In this document: in pieces, positions 19,780 through 29,247 of the stretch | Position numbering within the stretch: position 1 is the first letter of the stretch | Layout of the letters: each line of letters opens with the position of its first letter | Assembly (NCBI GenBank): GCA_963675665.1 | Contig: OY776510.1 | Span: forward strand, 1,664,001-1,728,000 | Direction: 5' to 3' | From: Spirochaetia bacterium | Lineage (GTDB): Bacteria > Spirochaetota > Spirochaetia > UBA9216 | DNA length: 64,000 nt | Program-made: the position numbers and the translations under genes | The notes under the pieces: generated by a model | Seen by the model: only the letters and a program-made list of their open reading frames with translations | Told to the model about the DNA's origin: nothing | Databases searched by the model: none

Positions 19780-21554
19780 ACTGATGTCTCCTGGACAACA
19801 GCCAGCGGTATTCTGACCGAGATAGTAGTGCCTTTGCCGTAGCTGCTTGTTATTTTCAATCCGTATTCATCTCCGAAGTAAAGTCTGATGCGCTCATGGA
19901 CATTTCTGACACCCATACCCTGTCTACTGAGTTTTTGCTTTTCGGCGGAGTCGGCAAAGATTCCGGTTTTAAGCTCTTCCAGCTGTCCGGAAGTCATCCC
20001 CAGACCGTTATCCGTAACTTCCATGATTATATCTTCGTTCTGCCTTCGACCGGTGATGCTGATGAAGCCCTGGTGGTCAACCTCTTTAATGCCGTGATAG
20101 ATTGCGTTCTCAACAAGCGGTTGAAGGGTAATCTTCAGAATCTGCATATCATGCAGTTCCGGTTCTATATCAAGCATATAACGGAATTTATCGCGGTAAC
20201 GCATTTCCTGTATAGTAAGATAGGACTGTACATGAGCTATCTCCTCGTTAATGGTAATAATTTCGCGGCCCTTGCTGATTGATATTCTGAAAAGCTTTGA
20301 CAGGGCGGAAGTCATCTGAACGACTTCACGGTTTTGACCCATTTCTCCCATCCATATGATGGAATCAAGGGTGTTGTAGAGAAAATGAGGATTGATCTGC
20401 GCCTGAAGCGCTTTCAAGTCGCTTTTTCTTTTCAGTTCCTGTTCACGGACATTCTCGTCGACAAGCTCTCTTATCCGGCTGACCATTATATCATATTCAC
20501 GGGCCAGCTCCCTGATCTCATCGGTTCCTTTTATATTGCCGGCCAGATGAAATTCACCATATTCTACGCTTTTCATAATATCCTGCAGTTTACGAACCGG
20601 TTTGGTAATACCTGATGAAATCATGTTTGTGAATATACCGACTACTATGAAAAGTATCAGGCCAATTACCGCGTAGGAAAGCTGGACATAACGCCAGTCT
20701 GTAGTAATATCCCTGCGGTATGTTACATTAACGATATGCCAGCCTGTCAATGCAGAGGTTTCAACCGTAAAATAATGCTCACCGTCGAAATATGGATCGG
20801 AACCGGGGGTTTGGGCAAGTTTTATTATTTCTTCAACAGGCTCAACTCTGATATTGCTGTAGACAAGCTGCTGCATCGGGTGAAACACATAGTTTCCGTC
20901 CTTGTCGAGAATAAAATCATAACTTCTCTCTCCGATAACCAGTGATCTGCAGAGTTCGTTTATTCTGTTGAACTTAAGATCAAGCAGCAGAATACCAAGA
21001 AACTGCCTTGTATCGTTTGATATTACAGCCCTGCTGATTGAGACTATCCAGGAATATTTACCCTTAACGATATTCTGTACATATGAGGTGGAGACCGTCG
21101 TCCGGCCCATTGCCTCCCGGGCAGATTTATACCAGTGTTTCTCTTTTATATCCATCCAGGGGTTAATCTCTGCTGCAGGGTCTCCGGAAATCAGCCGCCC
21201 GTCGTTACTGAATAAAAAAATTCCCGAGATATCTTCCCTGGCCTGAATATAATTGGCAAGTCTTTTTTCGGTTTCCATACAGACAGCGCTCCCGGAGCTC
21301 TGTATGAGGCACTGCTGAACCAGGTTGTCTTCAACAACAGTGTCTGCAAGCTGTTCCATGCTGCTTATATAACCGTCAATCTGGGTGGCAAGCTGTCCCA
21401 GAAGGGCCCGGTTGCTGGCCAGTACTGAATTTCGGACTGTATTGATTGTATACTGGAATGATACAAGCTGCATGATAAAGACGGCCGCAAAAATCATCAG
21501 TGTGAATATGGTATAGATCCTTGATTGTAGTGTTCCGAATCCCCAGCTGCGCAT
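19776..21554 (-). CDS. YesM/LytS-like sensor histidine kinase (dCache-HAMP)
   Basis: LQAQINPHFLYNTL, LQPLVENAIYHG, DNGLG and NVHERIRLYFG motifs. Confidence 0.93.
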   Translation of the reverse strand: MRSWGFGTLQSRIYTIFTLMIFAAVFIMQLVSFQYTINTVRNSVLASNRALLGQLATQIDGYISSMEQLADTVVEDNLVQQCLIQSSGSAVCMETEKRLANYIQAREDISGIFLFSNDGRLISGDPAAEINPWMDIKEKHWYKSAREAMGRTTVSTSYVQNIVKGKYSWIVSISRAVISNDTRQFLGILLLDLKFNRINELCRSLVIGERSYDFILDKDGNYVFHPMQQLVYSNIRVEPVEEIIKLAQTPGSDPYFDGEHYFTVETSALTGWHIVNVTYRRDITTDWRYVQLSYAVIGLILFIVVGIFTNMISSGITKPVRKLQDIMKSVEYGEFHLAGNIKGTDEIRELAREYDIMVSRIRELVDENVREQELKRKSDLKALQAQINPHFLYNTLDSIIWMGEMGQNREVVQMTSALSKLFRISISKGREIITINEEIAHVQSYLTIQEMRYRDKFRYMLDIEPELHDMQILKITLQPLVENAIYHGIKEVDHQGFISITGRRQNEDIIMEVTDNGLGMTSGQLEELKTGIFADSAEKQKLSRQGMGVRNVHERIRLYFGDEYGLKITSSYGKGTTISVRIPLAVVQETSV

Positions 21555-23122
21555 TATTCTGCTACACCTTTGCGGTATTCCATTGCCGTCAGGCCGGTCA
21601 GTTTTTTGAATACTATTGAGAAATAACGCGGATCGGAAAAACCTGTTTGTTCGGCCACTTCATATCCTTTCATGTCGGTTGTTTTAAGGAGTTTCTTTGC
21701 TTCTTCAACCCTGAACCCGGTCAGGTATTCAACAAAGGTTTGACCTGTTCCTTCCTTGAACAGCAGACTGAACTGGCTGGTTGAAAGGTACAATTCGTCG
21801 CAGATGTCCTGAAGCGAAAAAGTATTGTCGATATATCGTTCCGATATAATCCTGCGGGCTTTATCTATTCTTGAAAGCACAACATCGTACCTTCTGGATT
21901 GAATAATTTTTTGTATTTCCGCCAGCATTCGAAGGAAGGACATTTTAGCCTGGATCAGCGAACCGAAATTACCGGGCTGGTTGAACAACGGTTCGTTGGC
22001 CCCCGAATCCATCAGGTCCATCTCGTAAAGGAATTGCAGTATCAGAAAATGGAGACGGATAAGGTATCCCGAGGCTTCGGACATTGTCAGATAATGTTCT
22101 TCGAAAAAGGTAAAAATCTCCTCGATCTTTGCATCGGCTGCCTGCGGGCTGCCGGTTTTCAGTGCTGCGGCCAGTTCTCCCGCTTTCCTGTTGAACGCCT
22201 CGAAAGATATTCGTTTTCGGTCGCGGACTTCATTTATTGATATGATCTGCGAGAGCCCGAGAACTTTTGAATAGTCGATTGCACTGCAGGCCCCGCGGTA
22301 TGAGCCCTGCAGATCTTCCGTGGTTTTTACAACTTCACCGCAGCCTACCGATATTTGCTCTTTTTCATGTCGGGAGGTATGTTTGAAAGCTGTTTCCCCT
22401 ATTTTCCGCGCGCGTCTTACCAGTTCATCAGCATTGTTTCCCTGAAGAAGAATTACAATATCTTCTTCCCTGTTGGAGAATATTTCGTCTTCCTGCCGAA
22501 TGCTGGTTTTCAGATATTCTGTCAGAGTCAATGCGTCAAGATCATCCCAGCTTTCAGGCAAATTAAGTACCGTAACCTGGTAGAATGATTTCATATCCCT
22601 GAATTGCAGATCTTCCATTCGTCGGCTGAGGTTCTCATGGGGGATTTTCCCGGAAACAAGCCTGTACAGAAATCTCTGACGCAAAAGCGGAAAACTTTCC
22701 GAGAGGCGTTCTTTCAATATTTCCTGTTCCCGATCCTGCTCTCTGGAGATGTTCATTTCTTTCTCGACACGGAGTAAAACATCTTTAAGTTCGCCTGCTG
22801 TAATGGGTTTCAGAAGAAAGTCTCTTACCTGGTTTTTCAATGCTTCCTGGGCATATTCAAAATCATCATAACCCGACAGCAGCAGAACTGTTATTTTTGG
22901 AAATCGCTCAGCCAGAATTCTGCTCAATGTCAAACCGTCCATTCTAGGCATATTTATATCGGTAATTACTATATCAACAGGATTGTGTTCAAGGTAGTCA
23001 AGGGCCTGTTCGCCGTGTTCGAACATCCCCGCAAGTTCAAAGCCGTTTTCACCCCACGGTAAACAGCTTGATATCCCCTCTCTGATTATTGCCTCATCGT
23101 CTACAAGTATCAGTCGGTACAT
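21554..23122 (-). CDS. YesN-like response regulator (REC + AraC HTH)
   Basis: VDDE, TDINMP, LLKP; C-terminal LFKEGTG...AKKLL...GFSDPRYFS.FKK. Confidence 0.93.
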   Translation of the reverse strand: MYRLILVDDEAIIREGISSCLPWGENGFELAGMFEHGEQALDYLEHNPVDIVITDINMPRMDGLTLSRILAERFPKITVLLLSGYDDFEYAQEALKNQVRDFLLKPITAGELKDVLLRVEKEMNISREQDREQEILKERLSESFPLLRQRFLYRLVSGKIPHENLSRRMEDLQFRDMKSFYQVTVLNLPESWDDLDALTLTEYLKTSIRQEDEIFSNREEDIVILLQGNNADELVRRARKIGETAFKHTSRHEKEQISVGCGEVVKTTEDLQGSYRGACSAIDYSKVLGLSQIISINEVRDRKRISFEAFNRKAGELAAALKTGSPQAADAKIEEIFTFFEEHYLTMSEASGYLIRLHFLILQFLYEMDLMDSGANEPLFNQPGNFGSLIQAKMSFLRMLAEIQKIIQSRRYDVVLSRIDKARRIISERYIDNTFSLQDICDELYLSTSQFSLLFKEGTGQTFVEYLTGFRVEEAKKLLKTTDMKGYEVAEQTGFSDPRYFSIVFKKLTGLTAMEYRKGVAE

Positions 23123-23203
23123 CTGATTTCCTTAATGGCGGTATTATAACATGGTTATTCCATAAACAGATCGGTAAAATCCGATCTCCATGGTATAATA
23201 TAT

Positions 23204-24544
23204 ATGATGGATGTGTACTACAGCGGTGATATGGACAATTTACCGGGCATACTTGTACGAAAGAGTAAAGACCCCGACGGAATTTGCTGCATATTAAGTT
23301 TTGAGAATTTTATAAAAAATATTGATCCTCAGGACAAGCCCGTGATACTGCCTTTTTTTGATCTGCTTATAAACCGCAGAATTGATAAATTCAGCGAAAC
23401 CTACCGAAGAAATACCGATAAAAAATCGTTTATATGGGTCAAATGCAATGCCAAAATAGGCAAATCTGCTGAAGAGGGTTCCAATTTTATAATTATCCAT
23501 GAAATGGATGTTACTGAATATAAGGAAATCGAAATACGGTTAAGAGCCAATCATGCCGAAGCCGAATCAATGAGGCAGATTGCGGCTGCGATAAGCGCAT
23601 CTCTGAATATGAATGAAACCGTCAGCAGGATTCTGGAGGAAACCCAGCGAGTAATTGCATATGATACCGGAACAGTTCAGCTTTTACATAAAAATGAACT
23701 GGAAGTTATCGGGGGAGTGGGATTCAGCAATAAAAACGCAGTAATGAATCTGAAGTTTCCTTATCCGGAAGAAGGCAGTCTCAGCACAAAAGCAATCAAT
23801 TCAAAGCAGCCTGTATTCTCAAATGATGTTACGGTGGATTTTCCGAGATTTGTTCAGCCGGATCCTGAACACCCTGTTTGCTCGTGGATTGGTATACCCC
23901 TTATCCGTTACGGCGAAGTAATCGGATTGATGGCGCTCGACAGCGCAAGCAGGGGCGCGTACAGCCCTCATGATGTGAAGCTTGCGGAAGTAATTGCCGT
24001 GCATGTAGCCACAGCCCTTGAAAACGCGCGGCTTCATGAAAGAGCATATCAGATGGCAATGGGGGATGCTCTTACGAAAATTGGCAGCCGGTACAGGTTT
24101 CAGATTGAAGGGCGAATTATGGTGGAAACCGCCAGACGCTCTAAACAGAGCTTATCAATGATAATGTTTGATATTGATCATTTCAAAAAAGTGAATGATA
24201 CATATGGGCATATAGCAGGCGATGAGGTTTTAAAGAAGATGGCTGAAGTGGCTGCAGGAGAGCTCAGAACGGTTGATTTATTTGCAAGATACGGAGGCGA
24301 AGAATTTGTTATAATACTGCCCGAAACTGAAAGTAAAGCTGCGCTTACGGTTTTTAACAGAATAAATAAACGGATAGCAGAACTCAGTTATAAGACGGTT
24401 CCGGAAGCTGTTACTGTAAGCGCCGGTATTTATTCGGCAGTTCCGGAAGGCAGCGATACTCTTGAAAGTTTTGTAATAAAAGCTGATGAAGCTATGTATC
24501 TTTCCAAAAACAACGGACGAAACAGGGTAACTCTCTACAAATAG
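23204..24544 (+). CDS. Diguanylate cyclase (PAS-like, GAF, GGDEF)
   Basis: GAF WIGIPL...VIG; DALT, DIDHFKKVNDTYGH, RxxD I-site (RTVD), GGEEF. Confidence 0.92.
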   Translation: MMDVYYSGDMDNLPGILVRKSKDPDGICCILSFENFIKNIDPQDKPVILPFFDLLINRRIDKFSETYRRNTDKKSFIWVKCNAKIGKSAEEGSNFIIIHEMDVTEYKEIEIRLRANHAEAESMRQIAAAISASLNMNETVSRILEETQRVIAYDTGTVQLLHKNELEVIGGVGFSNKNAVMNLKFPYPEEGSLSTKAINSKQPVFSNDVTVDFPRFVQPDPEHPVCSWIGIPLIRYGEVIGLMALDSASRGAYSPHDVKLAEVIAVHVATALENARLHERAYQMAMGDALTKIGSRYRFQIEGRIMVETARRSKQSLSMIMFDIDHFKKVNDTYGHIAGDEVLKKMAEVAAGELRTVDLFARYGGEEFVIILPETESKAALTVFNRINKRIAELSYKTVPEAVTVSAGIYSAVPEGSDTLESFVIKADEAMYLSKNNGRNRVTLYK

Positions 24545-25995
24545 TCTTTCAGACGTGTCTTTGCCGGCAGTTCCATCCGAAATACTACAGTGTTAAATGC
24601 AGTATTTCTGGCTGTTATTTTTCCGCTGTTTTTCTCAACTATGGTTTTTGAGATTGCGAGACCCAGCCCGCTGCCGTGGTAGCCGGTATTCTTGCTGCGA
24701 TAAAGCCTGTCGAAGATTAATGGAAGATCCTTTTCTTCAATCATCCCTGTGTTTTCAATTTCGACAGCAATTACTTCAGATTCATTGATAATACTTTTTA
24801 CCAACTCTGCTGAAATTTTAATATGAGTGTTTTCCGGGGCGTTATTGAGCGCGTTAACCGCCAGGTTATTCATTACCCGCATTATTCCAATTCTGTCTGT
24901 TTCAATGAATAGTGAATTATCTTGCCTGACAAATTCGAATAATATATTTTTTTGTTTTGCCTGAAGCTGAAATCTTGCCAGGACTTCCTCAATTAGCGAG
25001 TTCATATCAAATGCCTCCGGTTCCGGAATATAATCTTCGGATGCAAGTTTTGTGTATTTTGAAAGTTCGGAAATTATTTCCTCAATTCGTTCAAATTCAG
25101 AAGATAACAGATTTATCCGTTTATTATTAATCTGAAGAACTCCGTCGCATAAGGCTTCAAACTGGATGCTGAGAGCAGACACAGGGGTTTTTAAATCGTG
25201 AATAATGTCTTTTAATTTTCTTAGTTGGGCTTCCTCGCTGTATTTTAATTCTTTTTGAAGGCTTTCTGCCGCTTTTGTTGAAGATTCCATTTCTTTTGTT
25301 GTGCCCCGGATAAAATTTACGTTTCGCTTGCCCCCGGCAAGCTCGGCAAGCTGCCCTGCAAAAATCTTTGAATGTTTGCTTATATTTCCGGATATCAGTA
25401 ATGATATTGTAAATGAAATAATTAACGAAAAGATAATACCGATAAAGAATGCTTTTGTAATTATCTGATCAAAATAAACCGAATATTTATATCCCATAAG
25501 GGGGTACGATAAAATTTCCACTCTTCCCAGTTCATTATGCATTTTTCCTGTCAGCACACCGGATTTGCTGTTTTTATTTTGAAGGATAGAGTACCTTACC
25601 CTTGCTGTCCATTTAATTAATTCGGGTTTGAGAGAAGAAAATCTTAACGGCGACTTTACCGGTATATCGGAAGATATCGATAAATTATACGACGAAAGCA
25701 GGTCTCCATTCCCTGAATAGTATCTGATAGAATGTAATTTGCCTTTAAACTCATCAAGTGAATTTTCCGTGAGCTCTGTTAACTCAAACCTGCTGAGTTC
25801 TGATATATCGTCTATATCCGCGTGTTTTTCCGAGAGAGCAATATTCAGCGCTGCCGTAATGTCTGTTTTTACAACTTCTTCCCATTCGGCAGTGACCTGC
25901 AGAAAGCCGATTATGATGCTGAAACTCAGCAGGGTGATAATAAGAATATTAACCGAGATTAGAGCAATTGTGAAATTTGTTCCCATACTTTTCAT
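24535..25995 (-). CDS. Sensor histidine kinase (2 TM, BaeS-like)
   Basis: HDLKTP H-box, NLAVNA, ENTG, FDRLYR and GSGLGLAISK motifs. Confidence 0.88.
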   Translation of the reverse strand: MKSMGTNFTIALISVNILIITLLSFSIIIGFLQVTAEWEEVVKTDITAALNIALSEKHADIDDISELSRFELTELTENSLDEFKGKLHSIRYYSGNGDLLSSYNLSISSDIPVKSPLRFSSLKPELIKWTARVRYSILQNKNSKSGVLTGKMHNELGRVEILSYPLMGYKYSVYFDQIITKAFFIGIIFSLIISFTISLLISGNISKHSKIFAGQLAELAGGKRNVNFIRGTTKEMESSTKAAESLQKELKYSEEAQLRKLKDIIHDLKTPVSALSIQFEALCDGVLQINNKRINLLSSEFERIEEIISELSKYTKLASEDYIPEPEAFDMNSLIEEVLARFQLQAKQKNILFEFVRQDNSLFIETDRIGIMRVMNNLAVNALNNAPENTHIKISAELVKSIINESEVIAVEIENTGMIEEKDLPLIFDRLYRSKNTGYHGSGLGLAISKTIVEKNSGKITARNTAFNTVVFRMELPAKTRLKDYL

Positions 25996-26145
25996 AGTGT
26001 TTCAATATTACATCCAATCAACATCCAATCAACATATTGTCAATATATCTTCAGGGCATTTTTACATAGTTTACAAAGCAATTACATTAATTTAACAAAC
26101 AAGATTTATTTCGGACTTATAATCAGAAAATGTTTTCATACGGGA

Positions 26146-26850
26146 GTGGTTATGCAGACTATTGCAATTATTGAAGATAATACGGCAATAAGAGAGGCCG
26201 TTGCAGCTTATCTTAAAATTGAAGACTTTGAAGTTGTTGAATTTGAATCCTGTTCGGGAGTTAAAGATTATTTGAGAAAGAAAGATGTTGATCTTGCATT
26301 GATGGATATTACTCTTCCGGACGGTGATGGATTTTATCTTGTCAAGGAAATAAGAAATTTTTCCGACATACCTATTATTTTTCTTACATCAAGGTCTGCA
26401 GAATCAGACAGAATCCTCGGTTTTGAATTGGGGGGTGATGATTATATCCAGAAGCCCTTTTCTCATAAGGAATTGATCCTGCGCATAAAGGCCGTACTTA
26501 AACGCAGAAAACCGGATAAAGATGAAGATCAGGCTGTAAATATTCAGTTCTGGCAGGCCGGCGACAGCATTATAAAAATGGATATTCCCGGTCATAAAAT
26601 ATATCTGAATGATGAAGAGGTGAAATTCACATTAACGGAATGGAAGATTCTGACCTATCTTATTTCAAATGCACATGTAGTTCTTTCGCGTGAGCAGATT
26701 CTTGATCATTCGCTTGAATACTGTTTTGACGGGTACGACAGAATAGTTGACAGTCATATAAAGAATATTCGCGCAAAGCTTGGCTCCGAACTCTGGATAG
26801 AAACAGTTCGCGGTTATGGCTACAGCTTTTGCGGTACAAATCATAAATAA
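26146..26850 (+). CDS. OmpR/PhoB family response regulator (paralogue of 10547..11248)
   Basis: IED, DITLPDGDG, GGDDYIQKPF, RIVDSHIKNIR and ETVRGYGY motifs. Confidence 0.93.
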   Translation: MVMQTIAIIEDNTAIREAVAAYLKIEDFEVVEFESCSGVKDYLRKKDVDLALMDITLPDGDGFYLVKEIRNFSDIPIIFLTSRSAESDRILGFELGGDDYIQKPFSHKELILRIKAVLKRRKPDKDEDQAVNIQFWQAGDSIIKMDIPGHKIYLNDEEVKFTLTEWKILTYLISNAHVVLSREQILDHSLEYCFDGYDRIVDSHIKNIRAKLGSELWIETVRGYGYSFCGTNHK

Positions 26851-26952
26851 AAAGCAGCGTTTGAAAAAACAAATACACCACACATAACATACATATATTT
26901 CACACAATACACGCTCATTCTGTCTCTAAATATTTTATTCCCAAGGAGAAAA

Positions 26953-28044
26953 ATGAATATGAAAAAGCTGTTAATTGTGCTTGCATTACTTATTGCGGCG
27001 GGGGCGGTTGTTTTTGCTGAACCGGAGATAAGCGGTGAATTGATGCTGGGGGCAACGGATCTCTTTACTCCGGATATTTCGACATCAGCCCTTAAGGCCG
27101 AACTGAATATCGATGCTGCCATAGATGAGAATACCACGGTAAATCTTGAGCTTGATTCTGAAGGCGCCGACTGGGCCGGCCAGGAAACAATGGAAGATGA
27201 TCCTGCTACTGAAGAAGATGAAACAGCGTCCTACCATTCCGTGAGCAATATTTCTGTAGATGATTTCCGTGTAACTTCAAATCTTGCAGGAGCCCTTGGT
27301 GTTGATACGTTTGATGTAAATGTTACAGTAGGCCTTTTTGATACCTACTTCTGCAACTGGAATTATGTATCCAGAAGCGGTGAGGAGTACTACTATTCAA
27401 CACCTGCCGGCGATTATCTCTGGACTCAGGGGCAGATGCAGCCTTCGACTGATCTCGCTTTTGCCGTCGACCTGGGCTATGCCGGTTACAACCTTATGTA
27501 CTGGCTGGATTTTGCAGCTTCTCATATGAATATTGCAGTTGCCGGCGAGCCGGTTGAAGGCGCAAATTTTCTGATAGGATATTACGGCGAAATGAACGCT
27601 TTCACTGACGGTAACCTGTGGATAGAAGCCGGTTATAATATTGATGCCGGTGCGGTTTCGCTTTTTGTCCCTGCTTCATTTACATATGATATTGACGGTG
27701 CTGCCGCCGGCTGGAGTTCCGGTATAGCCGCCGATATTGAGACCTTCCATGTTTCGGCCGGAATCGGAGGAGCAAGCGACACCTCGCTGTTTAAGGATTG
27801 TCTGGTAGAGATAAGCACGTCAGCTGTAGAAAATGCCGATATCTATGCCATTGCTGATATGGATTTCAACGAATCCACTCCATTCCAGTCAATAGATATA
27901 GGCGGCAAATATAATTTCGGCGCCTTCGGTGTCGGAGTCGGTTATGTAGCGGCTTCTTCTGAAGATGTAGCGACTGTTCTCTGGAGCGATTCCACATCAA
28001 TGACCGGAAGCGGATTATACCTGCTTGCGGATGTTGATTTTTAA
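26953..28044 (+). CDS. Putative outer-membrane beta-barrel/porin-like protein
   Basis: Cleavable signal peptide, AAGGAG RBS, alternating aromatic/small residue strands, C-terminal GLYLLADVDF ending in Phe. Confidence 0.7.
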   Translation: MNMKKLLIVLALLIAAGAVVFAEPEISGELMLGATDLFTPDISTSALKAELNIDAAIDENTTVNLELDSEGADWAGQETMEDDPATEEDETASYHSVSNISVDDFRVTSNLAGALGVDTFDVNVTVGLFDTYFCNWNYVSRSGEEYYYSTPAGDYLWTQGQMQPSTDLAFAVDLGYAGYNLMYWLDFAASHMNIAVAGEPVEGANFLIGYYGEMNAFTDGNLWIEAGYNIDAGAVSLFVPASFTYDIDGAAAGWSSGIAADIETFHVSAGIGGASDTSLFKDCLVEISTSAVENADIYAIADMDFNESTPFQSIDIGGKYNFGAFGVGVGYVAASSEDVATVLWSDSTSMTGSGLYLLADVDF

Positions 28045-28072
28045 AAATATTCTTCGTTTTTGTTTTGCTTTT

Positions 28073-28104
28073 AAAAAGACGGGCATTTACTGCCTGTCTT
28101 TTTT
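28073..28104 (+). terminator. Intrinsic terminator
   Basis: AAAAAGACGGGCA-TTTAC-TGCCTGTCTTTTTT. Confidence 0.8.
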
Positions 28105-28224
28105 AATGTCTTTGCATTCAACATTAAATACATACAATTCTTCATCAAGGTTACATTTTCAATCCATCCAGTCTCAATATTACTGAATTAGATTATCAGT
28201 ACATTCAATTCAAGGAGTTTCAAA

Positions 28225-29046
28225 ATGAAGAGAAACATAATTATTCTTGCCGTATGTGCAACAGCGCTAATCAGCGGCTTCCCGGTATTCGCAGCTGGCA
28301 GCAGCGAGTATGCAACAGAAGGTAATGCCCTATGGTATAAAGCGGCGGACATTGTCGATGCAAGCGCATCGGTGCTTCCTGTGAAAAAGACTGTAGTATG
28401 GGAAGATTTGAGTCCGTCCGGAGATACCATAAGCAAAGACGAACTTGTTATCTTTTATAGCGAGGACAAAGATTATATTTTTTCCGGAACAACGGGTGAA
28501 CTGTTATCAGGTCAGAAGCTGGGAATAGATTTTGCAGGAGATTCTGCGGTCCTTTCAAAGAGGAGCGCCGTAAATGACGGCCTGCTGTGGACTCCCTTTG
28601 ATGACGACATAGATGATGCTGATGTAAAGGTTGTAAATACCGGTTCAGTTGAAAACCTGAGCGGGACAGAATGTTCAATATTTGAATACACTCTATACCG
28701 CGACGCCGCTCAGTATGGATATAATTTTGAAGAAGCTATAGCTGACAGTGATTTTCTCAATAAAAACTATAAGGATCCTGAAAGTAATATATGTATAAAG
28801 ACAACAGGCCGTGCCTGGATTGACGGTAAAGGAATACTCAGACAGCTTGAAACTGTAACAAGTTCCGGAAATGCCGAATATTGTGAAGTTGTCTTGTATG
28901 ATTATGATGGAAAAGCATTGTATCCTGTTGCATCGGTAATTGAAGGGACTCTGAATTTAACAGAAAACGATTTGATTGTACAGAATAACTTCAGGGTTAC
29001 TGAAAAAATGTCCGGTTACTGGAAGGCTTCGAATTTCTACAGGTAG
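28225..29046 (+). CDS. Secreted hypothetical protein (beta-rich)
   Basis: AAGGAG RBS; signal peptide ending VFA-AGSSE; G.E.LSG.EC.IFEY and GRAWID strands. Confidence 0.7.
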   Translation: MKRNIIILAVCATALISGFPVFAAGSSEYATEGNALWYKAADIVDASASVLPVKKTVVWEDLSPSGDTISKDELVIFYSEDKDYIFSGTTGELLSGQKLGIDFAGDSAVLSKRSAVNDGLLWTPFDDDIDDADVKVVNTGSVENLSGTECSIFEYTLYRDAAQYGYNFEEAIADSDFLNKNYKDPESNICIKTTGRAWIDGKGILRQLETVTSSGNAEYCEVVLYDYDGKALYPVASVIEGTLNLTENDLIVQNNFRVTEKMSGYWKASNFYR

Positions 29047-29149
29047 GAATCCAGATAACTAACAATAGAAGCACACACAATCAACACATTTGCCGTGTAG
29101 ATTGAATTATCATATTATTTCAGACTTGCTTCTGCAAGTCAAATTTCCT

Positions 29150-29194
29150 CCCGGAAAAACGTACAGGACAAGTGCTGCTTTTCCGGGTTTTTTA
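29150..29194 (+). terminator. Possible terminator upstream of the cyclase gene
   Basis: CCCGGAAAA...TTTTCCGGG followed by TTTTTT; large loop. Confidence 0.4.
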
Positions 29195-29247
29195 TATCTG
29201 CATGAGGCCTGTATTGATTGTCAATTTCGACCGATAATAAAAACACT

